This document shows positions 1 to 10,480 of a DNA stretch of 33,639 bases, one piece after another. Origin of the DNA: Spirogloea muscicola (Eukaryota); NCBI GenBank assembly GCA_009602725.1, contig WELB01000024.1, positions 902,005 to 935,643 on the forward strand. Reading direction: 5' to 3'. The translations under genes and the position numbers were made by a program. The notes beneath the pieces are model-generated. The model saw only the letters and a list, made by a program, of their open reading frames with translations, made no database searches and was not told the DNA's origin. Each line of letters begins with the position of its first letter. The stretch's first letter is position 1.

Positions 1-169
1 GGAGCCGCCCAGAGGGCGCTAGCGGCCGCGGCGGCGCGTCGCACGCTGCGCGGCGGGCGCAGATGGTGCTGGCGTGAGCCGGCAGCAGGGCCCGGCCTCC
101 ATGCCGCTGTGACAGCAGTGGACGCCGCGGGACGCCCGCCGCCGTCGCCGGCGGCGGCGGCAGCCCCGC

Positions 170-344
170 ATGGGCCTCTGCATCTCCCGCGGCCGCGCCC
201 TGCTGCGCAAGCGCCGGAGACGGCGCGGCCGCAGCAGCAACGGTAGCAGCGGCGGCGACGAGGGCGCGCTTGCCAATGGCAGCGCGTCCATCTACCACGA
301 CGCGCTGTGCGCAGGTTCACACCCACGACGCCGAGTCTTAGACT

Positions 345-375
<31 letters not shown>

Positions 376-2734
376 GCCAGCGGTCCCCGGATAACCACGA
401 GCTCGCCGGCGGCAGCAAAGGTCGCCGCCGCGCCTCGATGCCATTGACGATGACCCGTGAAACCCACCTCGACGCGCCCGCCAGATTCGTCGGGCGAGCT
501 CTGGTTCGACGCCGACGCGGCGCTGGGGGCCGAGCCGTCGTCGCCGACGGCCGCGGCGGCATCGGCAGCGGAGGGCCTGGCGCTGGCCAGCGCCAAGCTG
601 GGCTCCGTGTCCTCGCCGCTGCCGGTAGCCGGGGGCGGCGCCCAGGACCGCGCCCTCGCCCGCAGGGTCCCAGCAGGCCCGCGGCCGTCGCTCTCGAGCG
701 GCGGCCAACCTGGGAAGCTGCTGTGCCTGCCGTCGGGGAAGATGGACCTCGCTGTCACCACCCTCGGCGGCAGCAGCACCTCCCCAACGACCCCCTCCCG
801 CCGGCTGCAGCGTCGCATGTCCTCGCTCCTGCGCCGGAAGCCCAAGGGCGAGGCCTCCTCCACTGAGAACCCCCGCGCCGACGGTAAAAATGCCGCTGGT
901 TATTACGGCTGATCTTTGAATTGAACCTGCACCTTTTAAATTTCTGGGGGCATCTTGTAAGCTATGGGGGGCAATGCGGTCGAGCCTCGGGCACCTCAGG
1001 CATGCCTCAAGCCCTCGGCTCGGTGCCATCGCGGCTTCGTGCTGCAGGCCGGAAGATGCTGCAGCGGCCGCGGGCCGGCCTCCAGGTGCCGCAGTGCCCC
1101 GCCGACCGGCCCGTGCCGGGCTGCTGGTCGGTAGTCGACGCCTCGACCTTCAAGGTCCGCGGCCGGACGTACTTGAGGTAGGGCCCGAGACGACACCGCC
1201 TTCCCCGCGCTCGCCTCTGAGAAGCAGCGGCTGCAGTGCTGCCGAGCTTTCTCGCTGGTCATCCTTGCTGGTCATCCATTTGTGGCGCTCGCTGGCGCAC
1301 CACGCAGGGACAAGAAGAAGGTGGCAGCAGCGGCGCGTTGCATCTATGAGCCCGTCGGCATGGACGTCTTCCTGTCGGGGCACAAGCTCCAGCACGTGGC
1401 GCAGCTGGTGGAGCTGCCCCCCGGCGAGGGCGGGGGCCAGCTGCCGGCCAAGGCAGCGCTGCCTCGTTTGCTCGTCGTCAACGTCCAGGTGAGCCACGAC
1501 CACCCGACAGACTAGCACTCGAATCGCTCATCGCTGTACGTCAGCACCAGAGTGTGCTCGTCTGCAGCTTCCTGCTGACACCAGCATCATGTTGCGCGGC
1601 ACAACTTGGTGCGTGCAGCTGCCCTGCTATGCTCCGCAGGTCTTTGGCGGGACCGACGATGGCGAGGGCGTCAGTGTCGTCTTCTATTGCCGGCTCAATG
1701 AGGAGTTTGAGCAATCTGGCCCTCCGCAGGCCATGCAAGCCCTGCAGGTTCGTCTCACGATCGAAATAAGCGCAGGCACAACTAGCCGCCCATAGAAATA
1801 CATGCCTTGCACTTCATGAGCAAGTCGTATGCGAGCAGGGCGACCTGCTTGTTCCTCCACTGTTGGTGACTGCCATCTGGTATTGCTGGCTCGGCTTACG
1901 GCAGAGGTTCGTGACGAACGAGATGGAGGTGGTGAAGGGCCGGTTCATGGGAGAAACGGCGGTGCCCTTCCGTGAGCGGCTCAAGATCGTGACGCGCCTC
2001 ATGAATCTGCCAGACCTCGACCTCACTGCCGCTGAGCGCAAGCTTGCGTTGTCCTTCCACGAGAAGCCCGTTCTGTCCCGGCCGCAGCATGAATTCTTTG
2101 AGGTGGGCAACCCCAGGGTGCGAGGTTTATGGTTGACATAGGCATTCAACTGATAAGGGCAACAATGCATATTGAGGGTTGCTGACTTGGACTCTATCCT
2201 ACGCTCCAAAGCCCTGAAGTTGGCTGCTGTAATCAGAGCACCAACTTGTTACGTTCTTCAAAGCAACACCTTGCGCTTACATGATGTACACCACGGCTTC
2301 ACCTTGGGCAGGGCCCCACGTACCTAGAGGTGGACTTGGATGTGCACCGCTTCAGCTTCCTGGGCCGCAAGTTCCTGCACTCACTCCGAGAGAAGCTCCG
2401 CGCCTGCGTCATCGACATCTCGCTGCTCATCCAGGTATGGCGCCGAAGCAACCTTCTCCAATACTAGCGTGCCTTGAAGGTATTCAGTTCATCTGATTGT
2501 GTGCGCCCATTGCTCACTTTGCAGGCGAATAGTTTGGAGGAGCTGCCAGAGCACATGCTGTGCGCACTGCGGCTCCACCAAATTGACTTCTCACAGTTTG
2601 ACACCCTCTTGTCTGCCCCGCCCTCGCCCACATCAACCATCAAGTCCCCACCCCCCACTAGCCACGACAACAGCTACTTCCTGTCGCCCCATGTCACAGG
2701 GCCCACCCCTGAAGATAATGCAAGTGGCAAGTGA
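170..2734 (+). CDS. EDR2 C-terminal domain (DUF1336) protein, 8 exons
   Basis: Phase-consistent GT-AG exons: 170-314, 485-883, 1048-1177, 1308-1488, 1619-1747, 1905-2102, 2312-2434, 2525-2734. Family motifs: CWSVVDASTFKVRGRTYLRDKKK, LLVVNVQLP, PFRERLKIV, EKPVLSRPQHEF, YLEVDLDVHRFS, IQANSLEELPEHMLCALRL. N-terminus is MGLCIS followed by a polybasic stretch. Confidence 0.9.
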
Positions 2735-3669
2735 CAGTCCTGATGATGCTCTCTAGGTTGTAGGACAGATATACACTGCTATTGAAGATTTTGCCATCTC
2801 TTAAGTAGTACCTCACAGGTATTTCTGTTGCAGCAAAGTGCATTGTGATTGTCTCCTTGTTTACCAGGATGGCCGGGCATGCACCAACTAGAGCACCTTC
2901 AGGCTTCGCACTGCACAGAATAGCCTCCAGATGTGCTTGTCCAAGAGGCTCTGCTAGATACAAAGCTCATGGCCATGACAAGCCAGCCATAGGGACGGCT
3001 GAAATAGGACAGCATTCTTTTTCTATCTGCAAGATCGCTCTCAAGTGGCTGTGAATTGTACTTCCTAATCAAGCATTGCAGCAATGCATTTATAGGATAT
3101 GAGATCCCAGCATACTGTGCAGTCTGCGAAATGTGACCCACACAACTAACGGGCGAAATGGAGTAAGGCTCTACTTTTCAGACATGTTACTGCCACCATG
3201 AGCTAACAAAACTTGGGTAGCTTGCTGGTAAATGACTAGGTCCCTAAATAGCTGCATCATGGACACAGCCGGTCCAACGTGCAGACTGTCTGCATAATGT
3301 CATGTGCCCAGTGCTTTCACCAATGTACCACTCAGATGCGCCTCATCATGAGTATACTTGGACCAAAGGCTAGTCACCGGCTGCTCATGTTGCAGAGGAT
3401 GAAACAGTTATATCAATTCAGTCAGTACTTTAGCAAACAGTTACAAAAGGAACGCACAGCCGATGAAATATCGCAAAGAAGCTTGGCTGTGCTTCTAAAG
3501 CGGGAGTCAAGACCAGCCTGACACTGCAAGAGAGGTTACGAAGCTGTCTATGCTGGGTCTTCTGGAACTGTGGTGTGTGTGGCAAAGTCTCGTCTCTGTG
3601 CACAACAAGATGAACCAAGTCATGACAATTATGGTGTGCATGCTGAATGGGTTCAGAGGTCCAACACAC

Positions 3670-5928
3670 CGTGGTGATCGGGATCGGGAATGAGAACGAT
3701 CACGCCTGCTCCCACGATATGGAGAATAGCGTGGAGAGCGATCCCTATCACGGCTTCCGCGGTATGGAGAATACCGTGGGGACCTCCTTCCACTGCTTCC
3801 ATCGCCATCGTGGTAGCTGCTGCCGCGGGGTTCTCTTTCACGCTCTGAGCTACCGCCTCCACCTTTACTTCGTTCGTACTCTTGTAGAGAGGCTGCAGCA
3901 GGACATGCAAGGGCTCAAGATCCAGCACACAAGTATGTCGCAGTCCCACATTGCGAATTTACTCTCCAAGCTTGTGTCCTGTATGATTGTATTCACAATA
4001 AGCACTTCAAGGTGCTGAGCCTGAGAATGATATAAGCATTGGCAAAGGGGCAGATCATATGGGCTTTACAGTGTGCCATACATACCCAGCTCACGGGCAG
4101 TGCGCACTCCCAGATACTTGCCAGGAGTAGGTGTACGTGCGCTTTTACGCTTTGCCTGGCTCATAGAAGAACAGGCAGTGCAAATGAGTATTGCTGGCCT
4201 TCCTGATAGTACGCATATGTACACTTAAAGCCATGACTGTGCCACTATGGACATAATGGAAGCCTCATTGGCGGCCCATTAGCGGCTTAGGGGTGCGCTC
4301 CTTCCATAGCACTCTGCTTAAGGTCAGGCTGCTCTCCAGGAGGCAACACAGTCCAAGGCATCTCCAAGTGAACCTTGTCACATGTGGCACCTATAGCCAC
4401 AAGCTGTGGCAGGTTGCTGATGCTTTAGCTCGGTGCTGCACGATGACGGAAGGACAGTTGGGGAGCCGGCAGTTGGTGAAGGGGTCGACGAAAGACAGCT
4501 GCAGCAAGGTGGCTTGAGCTGAACGAATGGGGTGTGGTCGAGGACGACGGAACACTCGACTCGAATGACTTGAGAGTTGTTGCAGCGGCAATCGGTGGAG
4601 GGAGGGTGGTGTGGCTGAGTGGCTGAGGATGCTCCTCTGAATGTGGAACCAACGAGCCAACCTCAGCTCAGACAAGGACCTTGCCAAGGACTGGCCATCT
4701 TCCAGTACACGAATCAGCAACACCATCTTCCACAATGACATGCGCCGCCTCGGCTTGCAAGGCCTACGTTGACCTCTGCGCTCCTGTGGTACCTGCCCTA
4801 TGTTGCTGATCGTCCTGCTGGACATCAGCTGCATGCTGGAAGCCTTGGTAGCAAGGTACAGGGCGGGAGGCTGCTCACCCTCTCAACCGTGATGACGCGG
4901 CCCTCAAGGATTGACCGGTTTAGGTACTTCATGCACCTCTCTGCCTCGTCGATAGTGGAAACAGTCACAAATCCAAACCCTCGGGACTCCTTCGTACGAG
5001 GGTCGACGACAAGCCGAGCTTCTATGACCTGTTCAGGTCAGGGTCGATAGGTCACAACTAAGCTGCCATACTTGCTGCTGTCTGCGCTCACTCATGCTCA
5101 GCTGCAGGAGCGTTTTGCAGATCGTCACCAACCTTTGCTTCCCGTGCAAAGTGGTCCTCCAGGTCGCGTTCAGTGACCCTGGTCGAAAGGCCTGTTATGT
5201 AGAGGTTGTTGCCTGGGTTTGCCTCAGCCTCCTCCGCCTCCCTTCTGCTTGAGTGAGGGTGTATGAGGAGAGTAGCACCTTCTACTGAAGGACGACAGTA
5301 GGTGCAAGCTCCCAACAGGACGAGAACGGTACCTTCTGGACGTCTGGGAAAGAGCGCCAGCTGAAGATGGCAGACACACTGAGAATAGGATGAAGAAGAG
5401 CAGCTACTTCACCTAGGTGGCGACCTTGACCTCGAGCGGTAGCGAGGTGCCGGTGATGGCGACCGCGAGTACCTGCAATGCCTCGCGGCTCCAAGAGGTG
5501 AGCGCGCTTTTCAGCCGGTCCTGACTCCACACTTCTCTGGCACTAGCACTCACGAGGCTCCACCAAAGGCAGATACTACTGCCAGAGCATGGCTCGGAAA
5601 GGTCTGAGGACGTCATTGCGGAGCAATGCCGCACCTCGTTAGCGCCTGTCGCAGCATACTGTGACGTTACCCTTCCTGCCATATGACCTCCGTACTGCCA
5701 GCTTGACCTATATACAGCTTATGCGCAGTCTTGAATTGCACAGGCAGGACTGAATCGTCGTGAATCCAAGATATGGACACTTGAAAAGATCATCTGTCGC
5801 CCTACCGCTGCACCGCTTTGGGGTATAGGCATGACAGCCAGCAGAGGGGCAGTAGACGGAGGTGGAGGCAGCGATGGCTGCTGCAGAGGGTCACTGAAAG
5901 AGAAAGTGTGGCTTTACCGGCGCGCCAT
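3670..5928 (-). CDS. SR45a: SR45a/Tra2-like Ser/Arg-rich splicing factor (RS-RRM-RS); first exon and last exon/stop uncertain
   Basis: Exons 5928-5918 (tentative MAR), 5472-5413 (YSRSPSPAPRYRSRSRSPP), 5244-5133 (NPGNNLYITGLSTRVTERDLEDHF), 5028-4879 (LVVDPRTKESRGFGFVTV...LNRSILEGRVITVER), 4155-4086 (AKRKSARTPTPGKYLGVRT), 3892-3670 (RSPRYSPYRG twice). The stop lies somewhere below 3670, possibly at 3430. Confidence 0.88.
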
Positions 5929-6192
5929 GACCTCGCACAACGTGCAGATGCGCCGGCGGCAAGGGAAGCCGGCGACGGCGGCGGCGGCGGCGTCCACGCC
6001 GTCGGCGGCGGCGGCGGCGGAGGCGGCGTCGCCGCGCGGTAGTGGCGCGAGTGGCGCGGGTGTGTCGAGCCTGAAGGTGGCGGTTACGGAGCCAGCCGTA
6101 ACCGCAGAGAAATAGGGAAGACCGGCAGAGGCGGGTCAAGGGCCCCGGTTGGTCTGGGATGCTAACCCGGTCAGCCAAGCCGGTGGGTGGCG

Positions 6193-8363
6193 ATGACGGC
6201 GGTTAGCCCCCTCACCGTGGGCTGGGTACCGTTTGCGGCTTCAGGCCCCCCTCCAACTGCAGCGTTCGCTCTAGCCGCCGCGACTTGCGCCGCGGACTCC
6301 GGGCAGCGGGCCCGGCGAGGCGCCGCCGCCGCCGCCGCCGCCGGCGCCNNNNNNNNNNNNNNNNNNNNNNNNNNNNNNNNNNNNNNNNNNNNNNNNNNNN
6401 NNNNNNNNNNNNNNNNNNNNNNNNNNNNNNNNNNNNGGTGGCGGCGGCGGCGGTGGGCAGCAAGCCTCGCAAGCGGCCGGGCGAGCGGGCGTGGCTGGCG
6501 GTGGCGCCCGACGGGCGCGCCGCCGTGGTGCAGCTGGACAAGCACGCGGTGATGCGGCGCACGGGCATCCCGGCGCGCGACCTCCGCATCCTGGGGCCCC
6601 TCACCTCCCGCAATTCCACCATCCAAGGTCCCGCCGACGCTGCCGCCACCGCCGCTGCCGCAGCCGCTGCTGCGCCGCCCACGTCCTGCAGCTGACGGCC
6701 TGCTCGCCGGCGCCGTGGCCGTCTTCTTGCTGTGCAGCTCGGGAGCGCGCCATTGTGCTCAACCTGGAGTTCATCAAGGGCATCGTGACGGTGGACGAGG
6801 TGCTGCTGCTCAACCCGCTGAGCCGCGAGATCATCCCGTTCCTGGAGCAGCTCCGCCGCCGCCTGCACGTTGTCGTCGCCGCCCCCCCACCGGCGGCCTT
6901 CCTCCGCAAGGGCGACCGCGCCAGCCCCGGGTCGCTCGCCCAGATGGGCGGTCAAGACGGAGCCCACGCAGCCGAGGGGCCAGCAGCGCATCTGCCAGTG
7001 GCCGGCCGCGTCGACGACGACCTGCTCCTGCCCTTTGAGTTCCAGTTCATCGAGCTGGCGCTGGAGGCTGTGGCGAGCTACCTGGACGCCCGCACCACGG
7101 AGCTCGGCAGCGACGCGTACCCGGCTCTGGACGAGCTGACGGCAAAGGTCACCACGACCAACCTCGAGCGGGTCAGGAATGTCAAGAGCCGCATGACGGA
7201 TCTGATCGCACGCGTGCAGAAGGTGGGTAGACTGACGAACCACCTCGTCACTTCATCGTGGAACAAGGCCACTAGAAGCATAGCTCAGGAGACACCAGGC
7301 CTAGTCGATGCAGCTCCTGGAAGCTACCTCCTCCTGTGTTGATGCATGAAAGCTGTGCCATCGAGCCATGCCATGTGTGGATGCAGGCTCTGCCCATCCT
7401 TGGGTTGGTTTGGAGTAGGCTTCACAGCTGCTAACTAGTGTCAGTGGTTGGCATCATGCATGGCTCAACAACGAGTCACAGGGCTGCACTGCACTGCCCC
7501 CTTTGCTTTCAGCCGGCAATCGCCTCCTCAGCTGGCGCTCACAGGGCGCATCTCCTGGCTGCAGATCCGGGACGAGATTGAGCAGCTTCTAGATGATGAC
7601 GAAGACATGGCAGACATGTATCTCACGCGCCGTCGTCAGCAGACTAGGCAACTTCAGGACTCTCCTGATGCTGCCACAGTCGAAGGCACCCAAATTGGGG
7701 CAAGTGATGCTGCTTTAACTCTGGAGTCTGCTCATCGAAGCAATGCGACTGCTACACCAACATCAGAGGACTCGGCAAGCGAGGATGGAGTGGAAGATCT
7801 AGAGATGCTTCTGGAGGCCTACTTCAGACAGATAGACGGCACCCTTAATAAGCTGACTGCGGTATGATAGCTTGTTGCCCCTCTTTCCTGAACTCCTCCT
7901 GTGCCAGCATGGAATGCCTGGATCTACTGGTCAATATCGTTTGCAGCACTACGTCAAGCAGCAGCAGGGCCAGCCTTGCTCAAGCCTCCCTCCTCACATG
8001 CTTAAGGCTTGCTGCCTTGGGTTGACTTGGTTTGGCTCATGCTGCCAACTCATAGTAATGACCTCGTCACTCACTGCTGCACAGTTGCGGCGGTACATTG
8101 ACGATACGGAGGACTACATAGGAATTGCGGTTGATCACCGTCGCAACAAGCTGTACGAGTTTCAAATCATCATCACAACCTTTGCCTTGGCCAGCGTGGC
8201 TCCAGTTGTAAGCTCTGGCATTTTCGGTATGAACATACCCACGTATGTAACTAGACACCGAGAGCTGTTCAGCTGGGTTACCTTTGGGTCAGTCGCAGTT
8301 GGCATCTTCTTTTTCCTCACACTGCTCAGCTACTTTCGCTGGAAGCACCTAGTGGGAATATGA
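6193..8363 (+). CDS. MRS2: MRS2/CorA-family magnesium transporter; start tentative because exon 1 spans the N gap 6349-6436
   Basis: Exons ..6627, 6738-7222, 7565-7861, 8085-8363. Motifs: DKHAVMRRTGIPARDLRILGP, RERAIVLNLEFIK, LPFEFQFIELALE, IRDEIEQLLDDDEDMADMYLTR, DVEDLEMLLEAYF-like GVEDLEMLLEAYF, YIDDTEDYI, and the GIFGMN signature with two C-terminal TM helices. Confidence 0.95.
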
Positions 8364-8586
8364 TTCCCGAATGCGGGATGAGCCCAGGGCTGCATACTAG
8401 CCCACAGAGCATGTGCAGTCCACCACATGACCATGGATCCGTATAGATATCCACTAGTAGTCCGGCTACAGTTGAGTAATTTTAGGGTGCCTCAGAGCTT
8501 ATCAATTGTGTGCTCATGTACATAAGCACAGCGCGAACAATATCTTCAGAATGACAAGTGTCTATGCTCAAAGCAATCACTACAAG

Positions 8587-10107
8587 CTAGTCAAGCTTCT
8601 CGAGCTCTGCCATGCGGTCAATGATTTGCTGCAATGTCAACAAGTTTTGCCAAAGCAATAAGCCACATGGAAACATACAGACACTGATCAAGCAAGAAAA
8701 GACAGAAGCAGAGATTGTAAGGAGGCCAAAGAGCAGTGCATGATCCTTCTGAAAGAGCAGCATGTAAGCGCAGCATGAGCATGCATATCACCTTCTTACT
8801 GGTCTCTTGGACCTCTCCAGCTAATATAAATTCATCGAGTATTAAGTAAACCTGCAACAATTGTAAGCAAAAATTGCAATGAAATTGCAGATTCTTAAGA
8901 TTGCGACAAGACAAGCTGTCACTGGGCAGGCGATTGCCAAAGACCGTTGCAACATATGATGTAGATGCTAGACAAAAGGGCTGGGTGTCTTTGAGTCATC
9001 AGCATTGACACAAGACACCTCCATTTGATTCCTAACAGCAGCATTAGTTCATCAAGCAAAGCAGCCTTGCAGATGACATGTAATGCAATGCTACTCTAGC
9101 AACTCCAGTGCGGGCATGCTACTCCCGATGCTCGAACTTGCACAGAACCTTTCGTGCAGCAAGTACGTACTTGTGTACCAGATGCATTTGGCAGACATGT
9201 GCATTGCCAAGAATTATCCATCCAGAAGCCAGTGACATTCTCAGCAGGCAACTGTAAGTTTAGCCAGTCCACAGAAGCTTCAAAGACCTTACGTCCTCCC
9301 GTGAGGCACACAGCTGCTGGTCAGGATGGACTGTCACGACACGATTGCTCAAAAGAGGGCCCACCTTGTGGAAGTTGAACACCAGGTCCAGCTCGCAGAC
9401 GTTGCTGAAGAAGTGGTCCAAGATCTCGACAAAGAGGTGGATGCTTTCCAAGTAGGCCAACTCGTTGTCGGTGAGGTCGACGCACAGGGAGAAGAAGAGA
9501 CCGGCATACCGCCGGTAGATGACCTTGTGCGTGCGGAACTGCGACAACAGACAACCACTGGAGCAAGTGAGGTCAATGGGTCTTGGCAAAACCCATCTGG
9601 AGCGAGCTTGCTGCGGCTGGAGGAGAGCCAAACCTAGCAGCAGTCCGTCAAACCTTTGCGACAGAGCAAGCCAGAACGTGACCTTCTTTAAGTTTCTGAG
9701 CCATAACCTATACAGCCCTGACATTCGTACCAGCGCCAGAGAGCCGTGACAATGGGGAAGGGCAGAGAAGACGCGAACGCTGCAGCTCGCGTGCTCTGTG
9801 ACAGGTCACAGAGGGCACCGTATGGAAGCCGTCTTACCTCCACGAAGTTGGTGTACTTGGGGTCCCGGTTGACCACCAGCCGGTGCACCTGCCAGCAAGA
9901 GGCGGTGGTGGGCTCGGGCGCGTCAGCTCGGGCCAGGCGCATGGCGGGCTTGGACGACTACGGTCCTCGCGGTGGTGGCGGCGATGGCCGGCGGCGCCGC
10001 GGCCTCACCTCGTACTGGACCTTGTGCTTCTCCTCCGTCTCCAGCGGCACGTAGTACTTGGCCAGCCGCGTCTTGCCCTGCCGGTTCTGCAGCAGGATGA
10101 AGCGTAT
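8587..10107 (-). CDS. AP2S: AP-2 adaptor complex sigma subunit; start codon not visible (probably in gap 10194-10303)
   Basis: Exons 10107-10009, 9888-9838, 9538-9365, 8851-8792, 8628-8587 give [23 protein letters not shown]...[38 protein letters not shown]...[49 protein letters not shown]. Confidence 0.96.
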
Positions 10108-10480
10108 CTGCGGGCGGCGCGCGCGCCGCGAGGCCGGGCCCGTAAGACGCGGGGCCCGGACTCGCCGCCACCGCCGCCGCCGCCGCCGCTGCCNNNNNNN
10201 NNNNNNNNNNNNNNNNNNNNNNNNNNNNNNNNNNNNNNNNNNNNNNNNNNNNNNNNNNNNNNNNNNNNNNNNNNNNNNNNNNNNNNNNNNNNNNNNNNNN
10301 NNNGAGGGGGGGGGAGAGGGGGGGGGGGGGGGGGGGAGAGGGAGGGAGAGGCACCTTAGGGCGCCGCTAGGGCGCTGTTAGGGCTGCCAGTAGGCCACCG
10401 GCTCCTCCTCCGCCCTCCCCGCGTCGCGCCGCCGCCGCACTGCTCGCAGCGACGGCTGCGGCGGCGGCCGGGAGGGCGCC

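Noticed and set aside
292..1029. 245-aa minus-strand ORF and similar Arg/Ala-rich shadow ORFs (e.g. 6212-7243, 22330-23013)
   Set aside because: They lie antisense to well-supported GC-rich exons and show no recognisable motifs.
8983..9019. Hairpin GGTGTCTT...AAGACACC in an AP2S intron
   Set aside because: It is a single short imperfect stem, too small for a MITE or pre-miRNA, and compatible with chance.
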